Source: a virus (Duplodnaviria > Heunggongvirae > Uroviricota > Caudoviricetes). From it: a DNA stretch of 19,329 nt. The stretch is from positions 1-19,329 of IMG/VR virus record IMGVR_UViG_2802429248_000011; one strand, given 5' to 3'. The notes under the pieces were generated by a model, which did not search any database, was not told where the DNA came from, and saw nothing but the letters and a program-made list of their open reading frames with translations. The translations under genes and the position numbers were made by a program. This document shows, piece by piece, positions 1 to 7,169 of the stretch (position 1 is the stretch's first letter; each line of letters starts with the position of its first letter).

Positions 1-462
1 ATCCCGTTTCAGGAAATCAACATGTCGGTTTTCCAGTTCCGGAAAACGCCGCTGTACCGAGAGAGGGATCCCGTCAAGAATACTGGCAATTTCACCTGCG
101 ATCCGTGACAGCACGAAAGTACAGAATGCGGTTTCCACCACTTCTGCGGAGTCTCTGGCATTCTTCAGCTCCTGGGCGTCAGCCTGCGCACGCGTAAGTC
201 GATGGCGTTCGTACTCAATAGTCCCAGGCTGGAGATCTGCCTCGCTGGCAGCCCTGTAATCCTCAACCTCTTTACGGAGTTTTTCATTTTCGATATCAGC
301 TTCCCTCTGCGCATACCACTGAATTGCCATGGCGGTATCAAATACAGATTCAACGCCCTTACCACCTCCGGAGACGCAAGGGAGTCCCTGAGACTGCCAG
401 CGTTCAATCGTTCGCGGATCCACGTTGAAAATTTCGGCAAGTTTCTTTTTATTAACCTTCAT
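1..462 (-). CDS. nu1: Terminase small subunit (lambda Nu1 / NohA family), N-terminal ~154 codons; 3' end lies beyond the window start
   Basis: The reverse complement of 421-462 reads ATGAAGGTTAATAAAAAGAAACTTGCCGAAATTTTCAACGTG ([14 protein letters not shown]), which continues [20 protein letters not shown]. This is a close match to the lambda Nu1 N-terminus including the winged-HTH. The full frame is absent from the ORF track because the ORF runs off the window. The cos site lies immediately upstream, as in lambda. Confidence 0.85.
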   Translation of the reverse strand, partial: MKVNKKKLAEIFNVDPRTIERWQSQGLPCVSGGGKGVESVFDTAMAIQWYAQREADIENEKLRKEVEDYRAASEADLQPGTIEYERHRLTRAQADAQELKNARDSAEVVETAFCTFVLSRIAGEIASILDGIPLSVQRRFPELENRHVDFLKRD

Positions 463-486
463 GAAACAGTCTCACAATAAATACAG

Positions 487-690
487 GGTCCGACATGAAA
501 GTGCCCGAAAATGACTTTTTTAGGCGTTTTCATGTCGGACCTTTTACGGATTCGATATTAGAAAAAACAGATAGTTATGTTCGAGAAGTACCGACATGAT
601 TTTCCCCGGAAAATTTTCATAAATAGCGAAAACCCGCGAGGTCGCCGCCCCGTAACCTGTCGGATCGCCGGAAAGGACCCGCAGGCGTTC
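487..690 (-). other. cos: cos site: cosB (three R elements, 487-500, 528-541, 590-603), cosN 12-nt cohesive end (639-650), cosQ (651-690)
   Basis: The reverse complement of 618-650 is GGGCGGCGACCTCGCGGGTTTTCGCTATTTATG, identical to the lambda left end. The reverse complement of 651-690 matches the lambda right end (GGGTCCTTTCCGG.GATCCGACAGGTTACG). Three copies of CCGACATGA(A/T)TT sit in the orientation pattern forward/reverse/forward relative to cosN. This is the same pattern as lambda R3/R2/R1, with an AT-rich spacer (542-589) where lambda has its IHF site I1. Confidence 0.85.
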
Positions 691-703
691 TGGTTTATTC
701 GCA

Positions 704-955
704 ATGAATTCAATATCTGACAGACCTGAATACACGTCCTGTTTCTTCCACCCCCGCACAGGACTGGCGAGCATGAGGGACAAACCCGCGCACCATAAAC
801 GCGGTAAAAACCCGGTGTGCATCGTTTTTGATTATTCCCGCACACTCACGCAGAAGGAATTCCCCGTCGGGCTACGGTCATGGTTAATGCGGGAATACAG
901 CGACGATACTGCGCATGATGTGTCAGACTTGAATACCCTTATCGAATCCCGGTAA
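704..955 (+). CDS. Hypothetical protein (83 aa) adjacent to cos, transcribed opposite to the late genes as lambda bor is
   Basis: It is the only ORF of reasonable length between cosQ and the Rha pseudogene. The competing minus-strand ORFs cross cosN or are Cys-rich junk. No family was recognised. Confidence 0.3.
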   Translation: MNSISDRPEYTSCFFHPRTGLASMRDKPAHHKRGKNPVCIVFDYSRTLTQKEFPVGLRSWLMREYSDDTAHDVSDLNTLIESR

Positions 956-1472
956 TAAAAACTGTCCCTGTCTCTCCAGGCGTTTCAGCTTTGCAAGCAA
1001 TTGAGGTTTTTTCGTTCTTCCCCAGCGATTGAGCAGCCGGCCAGACATACTGGCGACATCCTTCTCTTTCATATACTCCAGCATTATGGCGTTGCGTTCT
1101 GCTTCATAACTTTCGCTGTACTTACGGAGTTCTGCTGACATCCAGTTAAAGGCATTTATATAGGCCTCTTTAACGGCGTCGGCTTTTGCGCCATTAAATC
1201 CCATGACCAGCATAACGAAGCCACTAAAGTCCATGCGGTAGTAAATCTGTTTCTTGTCGAAAATCCCTAATTCATTGATTTTTTTCGGCAACGCAAAAAT
1301 GCGCGCTCCGGAAATCTTCAGAGCAATGACAATTTTTCAGCGCCCTCAATACGTCCGCGTGACGCTTACCAAAAGCCTTTGCGATCTGGAAGGTGTCAGT
1401 TACCGGTTGACCTTCTGCTGCGGTAACTAACTGGCGAAAGTCAAAGTCATGATTCACAATTAATTCATTCAT
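923..1472 (-). pseudogene. rha: Rha-family phage regulatory protein, split into two ORFs by a frameshift at an A7 homopolymer (plus-strand T7 at 1279-1285)
   Basis: The upstream ORF (MNELIVNHDFDFRQLVTAAEGQPVTDTFQIAKAFGKRHADVLRALKN) is a Rha N-terminal domain. The frame ends ...GCCGAAAAAAATCAATGA. Deleting one A restores ...AEKINELGIFDKKQIYYRMDFSGF..., which aligns with the intact Rha paralog at 12766-13473 (NFEIINNLGLKRNVGAYIF). Confidence 0.6.
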
Positions 1473-1623
1473 GGCGTTACCTGCTACTTCGAAATGAACC
1501 TTTGCCGCACAGGAAACCAGCCCACCGAGGCTCGCCAGCACTAACTGGTATCCTCAAAGGCCCATTCCAAAGGGTCAGGTTCGGTGGTTATTGTGCGCTG
1601 CGGTGCGCGGTGAAATACCTATA

Positions 1624-1648
1624 CAAAAACGCCCCGCATCTGCGAGGC
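1624..1648 (-). terminator. Intrinsic terminator downstream of Rz/Rz1 (end of the late lysis transcript); also usable from the plus strand
   Basis: On the minus strand the stem is GCCTCGCA..TGCGGGGC with one G·U wobble, followed by UUUUUGU. On the plus strand the same hairpin is followed by ATTTTCC. Confidence 0.5.
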
Positions 1649-1690
1649 ATTTTCCTGAAAGTCACTTGTTAAATTTCAGTGAAATTAAAA

Positions 1691-2128
1691 TTATTTTAAG
1701 CACTGCGTCCTAATGTACTCCTGCAAGTAGTTAACCTGCGCGGTTATCCTGTCGATTCCACTTCGGAGACGGTAATAATTGAGTTCAGCATCTGCTGTAA
1801 GTCTTGGGCTTTCTCCATCGCCCATGCCGCTGGCTCCGGTCTTTGACTTTGCACAGGAGGCGGCGACTTGCAGCCGCTTACGCCCAGCAGAAACATCATC
1901 ACGGAGACTTTCGATAGTCGCGTTAGCATCAGCAAGCTCCTTTGTATATCTGGCATCGAGTTCTGCTACATCACGTTGACGCTTCTGCATATCAGCGATG
2001 ATGGATGTGGCTTTATCGCGCTGGTCTTTGTAGGCGATGGCGTTATCACGGTAATGATTAACAGCCCATGACAGGCAGACGATGATGCAGATAACCAGAG
2101 CGGAGATAATCGCGGTTACTCTGTTCAT
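1691..2128 (-). CDS. Rz: Rz i-spanin (inner-membrane spanin subunit)
   Basis: [39 protein letters not shown]... is near-identical in its N-terminus to lambda Rz. The first ATG is at 2128 and overlaps the R stop; the ORF track begins at a GTG at 2140. Confidence 0.85.
   Translation of the reverse strand: MNRVTAIISALVICIIVCLSWAVNHYRDNAIAYKDQRDKATSIIADMQKRQRDVAELDARYTKELADANATIESLRDDVSAGRKRLQVAASCAKSKTGASGMGDGESPRLTADAELNYYRLRSGIDRITAQVNYLQEYIRTQCLK
1744..1929 (-). CDS. Rz1: Rz1 o-spanin lipoprotein, embedded in the +1 frame of Rz
   Basis: [20 protein letters not shown] carries a lipobox (VSGC) followed by a Pro-rich mature peptide ([13 protein letters not shown]...). Embedded Rz1 is the classic lambda arrangement. 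The ORF-track start (1956) is upstream of the likely signal peptide. Confidence 0.75.
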   Translation of the reverse strand: MLTRLSKVSVMMFLLGVSGCKSPPPVQSQRPEPAAWAMEKAQDLQQMLNSIITVSEVESTG

Positions 2129-2622
2129 TACTGACCCCACAAACAGATTTCACGCTCAATCTCACGACGAGTCATGAGACCTTTCCATTGCTTACCGCCA
2201 GCATATGTCCAGCGACGTAGCTGATCACATGCGCCTTTGATATCGCCCTGGTTTATTTTGCGAAGAAGCGTCGATGTTCTGAAATTGCCAGCACCCACGT
2301 TGTAAACGAATGAGTAAAGAGCGCCGCGCGTTGTTTCCGGTATATCGACTTTGATGTACGGGTTAATTTGTCTGGCGACAGTGGCAAGGTCTTTATTCAA
2401 GAGTGCTTTGCATTCTGCTTTGGTATACGTTTTACCGAGCATGATGTCTTTTCCTGTATGCCCGTGACATACAGTCCATACACCAACAATATCTTTGTAT
2501 GGTATGTAGCTGACACCTTCCAGACCATCGTTACCACTTGGGCCAGTGATTAACACTGATGCTATAGCAATTGCTCCGCCACCAATAGCAGCAACAACGG
2601 CTTTTCGTAATGATGGAGGCAT
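2128..2622 (-). CDS. R: SAR endolysin (T4-lysozyme/GH24 fold with N-terminal signal-anchor-release domain), phage 21 R-like
   Basis: The N-terminus [47 protein letters not shown] is a Gly/Ala-rich SAR helix next to the catalytic region, as in R21. It sits between the pinholin and Rz, with one-base start/stop overlaps on both sides. Confidence 0.85.
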   Translation of the reverse strand: MPPSLRKAVVAAIGGGAIAIASVLITGPSGNDGLEGVSYIPYKDIVGVWTVCHGHTGKDIMLGKTYTKAECKALLNKDLATVARQINPYIKVDIPETTRGALYSFVYNVGAGNFRTSTLLRKINQGDIKGACDQLRRWTYAGGKQWKGLMTRREIEREICLWGQ

Positions 2623-2837
2623 TATTCACCTCTCGCAGCCTTACGCCTGTCTTCTTTAATCTTGAAATAAAGATTTGTCAGATACGTCAGCAGGCCAAAA
2701 ACCAGGCTACCCAGCACACCGATTGCAGCCCACTGTGACGGAGTTACTTTATCGAGTAACTGCAATGCCCAGAAACCAGCATTACCCGCCGATGTGCCAT
2801 AGGCAACACCTGTTGTTAACTTATCCATTGATTTCAT
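2622..2837 (-). CDS. S: Pinholin S21-type (71 aa) with dual-start motif MKSM (antiholin from M1, holin from M4)
   Basis: [71 protein letters not shown] is near-identical to the phage 21 S pinholin. The SD GGTGAGGAT is upstream and the gene pairs with a SAR endolysin. Confidence 0.9.
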   Translation of the reverse strand: MKSMDKLTTGVAYGTSAGNAGFWALQLLDKVTPSQWAAIGVLGSLVFGLLTYLTNLYFKIKEDRRKAARGE

Positions 2838-3056
2838 ATCCTCACCCCGATGTACACGGATGGTGCAATATGTTTGAAAATATCGGAGTCTACGGGGTAG
2901 TTTTTACAGCACACGTTGTTCTCAACGGCGCTAAAAAAACATACACATTAAAAATGTGGTTAATTATTTTGAAAGAAAATCATATATTAATTAATAATAC
3001 GAGAAATGTTTTCATATTTAGTGTACTGTATACGGCCATTTATACAGGAAAAGCCT

Positions 3057-3227
3057 ATGTCAGAACGTAAAGACTCAAAATCACGCCGTAATTATCTCGT
3101 TAAATGTTCCTGCCCAAACTGCACCCAAGAGTCAGAACACAGTTTTTCAAGAGTACAAAAAGGTGCCCTTTTGATCTGCCCTCATTGCAACAAAGTATTC
3201 CAGACAAATCTTAAAGCTGTAGCCTGA
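3057..3227 (+). CDS. Small zinc-ribbon protein (56 aa; CxCPxC ... CPHC), YmcF/YnfQ-like moron
   Basis: MSERKDSKSRRNYLVKCSCPNCTQESEHSFSRVQKGALLICPHCNKVFQTNLKAVA has two Cys pairs. SD AGGAAAAGCCT-ATG is present and the gene is followed by a terminator. The ORF-track start (3006) lacks an RBS. Family assignment is from memory and is tentative. Confidence 0.5.
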   Translation: MSERKDSKSRRNYLVKCSCPNCTQESEHSFSRVQKGALLICPHCNKVFQTNLKAVA

Positions 3228-3287
3228 TTGATTTTATTCGCAACAAGTATTTTTTATATTTTAATAATATATTTAAAGCAGATAATA

Positions 3288-3312
3288 AAAAACCCGCCTG
3301 AGCGGGTTTAAT
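3288..3312. terminator. Bidirectional intrinsic terminator (ends the cspB transcript on the minus strand and the zinc-ribbon gene on the plus strand)
   Basis: AAAAAACCCGC-ctga-GCGGGTTT. The A6 on the plus side gives a U6 tract for the minus-strand reading. The plus side has TTTAATATT. Confidence 0.6.
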
Positions 3313-3590
3313 ATTGTGGTGCTTTTTGTGAGAGTCATCCACTTACGCACTTTGTTTTGCTATGCCAGCAGTTAGCTTCTGCTGTAAAACTATTCATGCA
3401 GCAAACCTGCACTTCACCACAATGGTTAGCATACTTTTCCTGATTAAGTTATTACCAAATATGCTGGCCATTGTTTCATGTATTGGACCGCCTTACTCTT
3501 TATTAAAGAGATCCAATATTCACCACTCTGTCTGTATCTCCACTCAGGCATCAGCCTTCTTCGTTATCGTATACAGACAAACTATGAATT

Positions 3591-3806
3591 TTAATCATTA
3601 ATGATGACATTTGCTGCTGCAGGACCTTTAGCACCACTCTCTACAGAGAAGGTAACCTTTTGACCTTCAAATAAGGTTCGATAATTATCATTCTGAATCG
3701 CAGAAAAATGCACAAACACATCTTTACTACCATCAACAGGAGAAATAAAGCCGAAACCTTTATCAGCGTTAAACCATTTTACTAAACCAGTCATTTTATT
3801 TGACAT
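3591..3806 (-). CDS. cspB: Cold-shock protein, CspB-like (CspA family)
   Basis: [71 protein letters not shown] carries the RNP1 (KGFGFI) and RNP2 (VFVHF) motifs and is of CspB type. Confidence 0.9.
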   Translation of the reverse strand: MSNKMTGLVKWFNADKGFGFISPVDGSKDVFVHFSAIQNDNYRTLFEGQKVTFSVESGAKGPAAANVIIND

Positions 3807-4105
3807 TCTACATTCCTTAACTTGAGCCTTTCGGCATAAATGGTTTGTATAACAGAAACGACTTCGTACTTAATTGGAGAGACTCAAAGAAGGAATAAGT
3901 GAATAACACCTGAAATGAGAACTGCTTTAGTAAACTACTTCGTATATCGTCTGTTCTTCAAACCGACGCAATCATTAACGCATAGTTGAACATATGAAGC
4001 AATGTTTATTTTAGACATCCAGCCATCTTCAACCCCATCAAAAAACTATAGCTTTCTTCAGGAACGTGTGTATAGTGCGCCAAGTTATCAGTATTAAGGA
4101 ATTTT

Positions 4106-4318
4106 TTGTCCCGTAAAATGACAGGAATTGTCAAAACCTTTGACTACAAAAGCGGCAAAGGTCTTATCATACCATCCGATGGCCGTATCGATGTCCAGCT
4201 GCACGTTTCTGCTCTCAATCTCCGCGATGCAGAAGAAATTACCACAGGATTACGCGTGGAATTTTGCCGAATCAATGGTCTACGTGGACCTTCAGCTGCC
4301 AATGTTTATCTTTCATGA
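4106..4318 (+). CDS. cspF: Cold-shock-like protein, CspF/CspH subfamily (divergent from cspB)
   Basis: [70 protein letters not shown] is the CspF type, which lacks the canonical RNP1 aromatics. The divergent cspB/cspF pair matches the Qin prophage arrangement. Confidence 0.85.
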   Translation: MSRKMTGIVKTFDYKSGKGLIIPSDGRIDVQLHVSALNLRDAEEITTGLRVEFCRINGLRGPSAANVYLS

Positions 4319-4372
4319 GCTATATTAAAGCTTTTACTTTAAGCCCCATCGGATCACACATGGAGAGTTTTT

Positions 4373-4462
4373 ATGAATAACCCCGTCTGCCTTGATGACT
4401 GGTTGATTGGCTTTAAAAGCTTATGCTGTACTTTGGCCGTAATAGCTCTGCTAATAATATAA
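4373..4462 (+). CDS. Candidate small hydrophobic peptide (29 aa) just downstream of cspF
   Basis: SD GGAGAG lies 5 nt before the [32 protein letters not shown] has a polar N-terminus and a hydrophobic C-terminus. It lies between cspF and the terminator at 4612-4640. Confidence 0.25.
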
Positions 4463-4611
4463 TAAGCAGACTCATTGTGTTTAGGGACATTGTACTGGAA
4501 GAAAACATTTTAAACATCAGGCAAATAACTAAGTCACCAGCTAAATAATAAGTTAACAGACATGGGTCCCGGGATGAGGTTCAACATCACCATTGCCCCA
4601 TTTAAAGCACA

Positions 4612-4640
4612 AAACCCGCTCATCAGCGGGTTTTCTAATT
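4612..4640. terminator. Intrinsic terminator (cspF transcript; bidirectional)
   Basis: AAACCCGCT-catc-AGCGGGTTTTCTAATTTC. The flanking A/T tracts work for both strands. Confidence 0.6.
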
Positions 4641-5049
4641 TCTTTCTAAACATCAGATATACAAAGCCCATCATTGAGGGAATCTTATCCATATTTTTTG
4701 AAAAATGCAAGCATCACGTTGCCATCTTCATTGAAAAACCTTTATCGTGTTACTTTTATCAATTGCACTTCAGCATAGAGTTATCCCAGGCAGCACTTTA
4801 AAGACTTCTACATTACACACACCTTGTCTCCCCTTCTCGTCATATCTGCAAGACCGATATGCATGACGCAGTACATACGCTGAACTGCTTTATCCATCAG
4901 CATATTCTAGTGCTAAAGCGACTTCAGTAGCAGAAGCAAAATTCTGCTACTGTGCCAAACAGGAGTAAACGTCATTTTATGTAATGTTGATTGAGTGGTC
5001 ATAGTATCACCTCAATAACAGCTCTTCGCCCTATCATTGAAAGCATATC

Positions 5050-5058
5050 TGCTATAAT
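5050..5058 (+). promoter_or_regulatory. Extended -10 promoter (TGcTATAAT) for the DUF883-like gene
   Basis: TG at 5050-5051 and TATAAT at 5053-5058. The gene ATG is at 5090 with AGGA upstream. Confidence 0.45.
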
Positions 5059-5089
5059 TAAAAAGCCACTTAACATCAGGACTTCAAAC

Positions 5090-5275
5090 ATGACTTCAAA
5101 TCAATCTGAAAACGAAATAGTTAATACTGTCAAAAAATATGCATCATGTGCTGACGATGCTTTGCAGGCAGGCAAAGAAAACGTTAAAGATAAATTTAGA
5201 AATTATCCACTGACTAGCGTGGTGGTCGCTCTAAGCATAGGGTTAACGCTTGGTTTTATTATTGGCAGAAAATAA
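5090..5275 (+). CDS. Short DUF883 (ElaB/YqjD/YgaM)-like C-tail-anchored membrane protein, 61 aa
   Basis: The C-terminus ...NYPLTSVVVALSIGLTLGFIIGRK matches the ElaB/YqjD tail signature (P-x-x-x-V-x-x-A-x-x-x-G-L-x-L-G-x-(L/I)-(L/I)-x-R-(R/K)). The N-terminal coiled region is shortened. The gene has its own promoter and terminator. The ORF-track start (4991) has no RBS. Confidence 0.5.
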   Translation: MTSNQSENEIVNTVKKYASCADDALQAGKENVKDKFRNYPLTSVVVALSIGLTLGFIIGRK

Positions 5276-5330
5276 TCTTAAGCCTCCCATAAGTCGTACA
5301 CAATCACATCTACCAATTAATGTTCCATTA

Positions 5331-5360
5331 GTAAAAAACCACCTCCTGTGGAGGTGGTTT
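5331..5360. terminator. Intrinsic terminator, strongest on the minus strand (CCACCTCC-aca-GGAGGTGG + U6); also ends the DUF883-like gene on the plus strand
   Basis: Perfect 8-bp GC stem CCACCTCC/GGAGGTGG. The plus-side A6 (5331-5336) gives a U6 tract for the minus strand. On the plus strand the hairpin is followed by TTTAAGG. Confidence 0.6.
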
Positions 5361-5411
5361 AAGGATAGCAACAAAACACAACCTACTTTAAACGGCTATA
5401 TTCTGCTATAT

Positions 5412-5531
5412 CTAAATAATAGGTTCTCTTTTATCATCCGGTGAAAAAGGGTTCAATGGTTGCCCCTCATCAGGACGCTCAACGGGCTCATCATCAGGCT
5501 TACGGTCATCAAAATCTGGATGTTCTGACAT
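5412..5531 (-). CDS. Candidate small acidic Pro-rich protein (39 aa), second gene of a minus-strand mini-operon
   Basis: MSEHPDFDDRKPDDEPVERPDEGQPLNPFSPDDKREPII. SD GGGTGGAAT-ATG is present. It is followed about 50 nt later by the strong minus-strand terminator at 5331-5360. Confidence 0.3.
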   Translation of the reverse strand: MSEHPDFDDRKPDDEPVERPDEGQPLNPFSPDDKREPII

Positions 5532-5566
5532 ATTCCACCCTAGTATTTTTATGCAGGAAAGATTAT

Positions 5567-5674
5567 TTACTCTTTCCGGTTGTCTTTTTTATTATCCTTA
5601 CCCTTACTATCCTCATTGTTTTTATTCCTGTCATGAGATTTTTCATTTGAATCACTTACATATAATGTATTCAT
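5567..5674 (-). CDS. Candidate small highly charged protein (35 aa), first gene of the same mini-operon
   Basis: MNTLYVSDSNEKSHDRNKNNEDSKGKDNKKDNRKE. SD TGGAGTCCCC-ATG is present. A perfect TATAAT -10 on the minus strand lies upstream (plus coordinates 5715-5720). AT-rich DNA makes chance ORFs likely, hence the low confidence. Confidence 0.25.
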   Translation of the reverse strand: MNTLYVSDSNEKSHDRNKNNEDSKGKDNKKDNRKE

Positions 5675-6403
5675 GGGGACTCCAGTTTTTTAACAGCACA
5701 ATGCTGTATCTGTAATTATAGATGCAATTAATCATTATGGTATGTATGTTTCATGCACAAATCAGAAACGCATCTAGTGCTTTAATTAATATGGATTTTA
5801 TTGCTGTAGATTTACAAAAATTTTCATAATTAACCAGCAATATAAGACAAATATCTCATAACATGAGGGAAATCAAGCTCATTTAAAGCAATTTATAATT
5901 TTCATCCTACTATTTTCCCTACACTGCCAACACCAGTTTCGTCGCAACACTCTGACAAGACACCTATAAAATCAGTTTCGTTATCACCTTAATTTTCTTC
6001 ATGGGTAACAAACCGGTAATACATCGATAGCCTGATTGATGCACGTTACTGTTACCTCTTCCCTGCATCAGGATGGCTTCCCAAGATGATATGGTTAATC
6101 ACACTGGAACATTCACGCATAACCGTTTCCTTCATATCCTGCCGTTTTAGCATGTCTTTTCCCCTTCTTGTTAATATCAATGACTAACACAAATCTAAAA
6201 AAGCCAGCAATGTAAAAAAACTGCATTCACGGCAACCAGAATGGTTACCGTTCTGCACAAAGTTTATGTCCACAAAAAAACCACTCTGCGCGGCTTATTG
6301 ATATTTTCCACCGGTATGCATATAAGGCTCATCATTGGAAAACTCTTTGCACGTTTCCTTAGAAAATACAATCGTTATGTCGCCATCGTTCGGTGAAAAT
6401 CTT

Positions 6404-7156
6404 TTATCTTGTCACTTTTCTCAGTTGTGCTTCTGCATACGCTTCTTCCTGCCAGCACTTTGTTACCAGTTTATCAATGACGTCCGCATACCCCTTGTAC
6501 CACTGATAATCTGTCAGGTCCGGTACCAACTTCTGGACATGACGTCGTGCCAGTGTGGTCGGTAAACGACTAAACCTGTTTCCATTACAACGCCCACAAA
6601 TCTTATAAACCGGTACGCCATGAAGCCGGGTTCTTTTTTCATCCAGGACAATACCTTTACCCTTACACCCTCTGCACGCTGTGCTGACTTCGCCCTTACC
6701 ATGGCAATGCTGACATAGTTCCTTCCCCCATTCTTCCTTGATAACAGATTCCCCACTTCTGTAGTGTTTCACCACTTCGCGCAATACATTATGAAATCCC
6801 GTACCTGCACAATGTTCACAGCGAGCCTTACTTGCCGCAGACCTGGAATAATCAGCAAAGGCAAAATTCACAAGGTAAGGGATGATCTGTAACCGGGTTT
6901 CTTCACTCAATTTGTTCAATATCGGGTTATCCAGTGCCATCGCGTAATTGAGCAGACCTTCAATCGCAAACTGAGGGTTCTGAACACCAACTTTTGCCAG
7001 AAATAAGGCAAACCCAAGCGGTGCTTTCGACTGCACCATCCCCTGCGCAGCCATCACATCCGTAATTGTTAAACCACCAGAGCCTGTCGCCGGTGCGTCA
7101 TCGCTCAGTTTTGGTGATTTCGGGGAGTAATATTTCGGTAAGACTTCAAGGTTCAT
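6404..7156 (-). CDS. quuQ: Late-gene antiterminator Q (QuuQ-like, 250 aa) with a Cys-rich zinc-binding region
   Basis: MNLEVLPKYY...CEHCAGTG...CQHCHGKG...CRGCKGKG...CGRCNG. SD GGAGAACGAGC-ATG is present. Position is as expected (upstream DUF968, downstream lysis genes). Length equals K-12 QuuQ (250 aa). The ORF-track start (7198) would overlap the upstream gene. Confidence 0.75.
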   Translation of the reverse strand: MNLEVLPKYYSPKSPKLSDDAPATGSGGLTITDVMAAQGMVQSKAPLGFALFLAKVGVQNPQFAIEGLLNYAMALDNPILNKLSEETRLQIIPYLVNFAFADYSRSAASKARCEHCAGTGFHNVLREVVKHYRSGESVIKEEWGKELCQHCHGKGEVSTACRGCKGKGIVLDEKRTRLHGVPVYKICGRCNGNRFSRLPTTLARRHVQKLVPDLTDYQWYKGYADVIDKLVTKCWQEEAYAEAQLRKVTR

Positions 7157-7169
7157 GCTCGTTCTCCAC

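Noticed and set aside
165-480. ORFs 165..440 (-) and 202..480 (+) from the six-frame track
   Set aside because: Both lie in alternative or antisense frames of the Nu1-like gene. That gene's true frame, which runs off the window, has unmistakable lambda Nu1 homology.
544-845. ORFs 544..822 (-) and 558..845 (-)
   Set aside because: They run across cosN and cosB and give Cys-rich, low-complexity translations with no RBS. The cos region is non-coding in lambda-type phages.
1779-2071. Plus-strand ORFs 1779..1979 and 1868..2071
   Set aside because: They are antisense to the well-supported Rz/Rz1 genes and have no RBS.
3362-3601. ORF 3362..3601 (+), 79 aa
   Set aside because: It lies in the 3' UTR and terminator region of cspB on the opposite strand. 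The translation is hydrophobic and low-complexity and there is no SD.
5441-5650. ORF 5441..5650 (+), 69 aa with a hydrophobic C-terminal half
   Set aside because: The start is a GTG without an RBS. It overlaps the better-supported minus-strand mini-operon and has an AT-rich-DNA-derived low-complexity composition.
6335-6756. ORFs 6335..6565 (+) and 6514..6756 (-)
   Set aside because: They overlap the Q antiterminator gene in other frames. Q has a strong RBS, conserved Cys clusters and the expected length.
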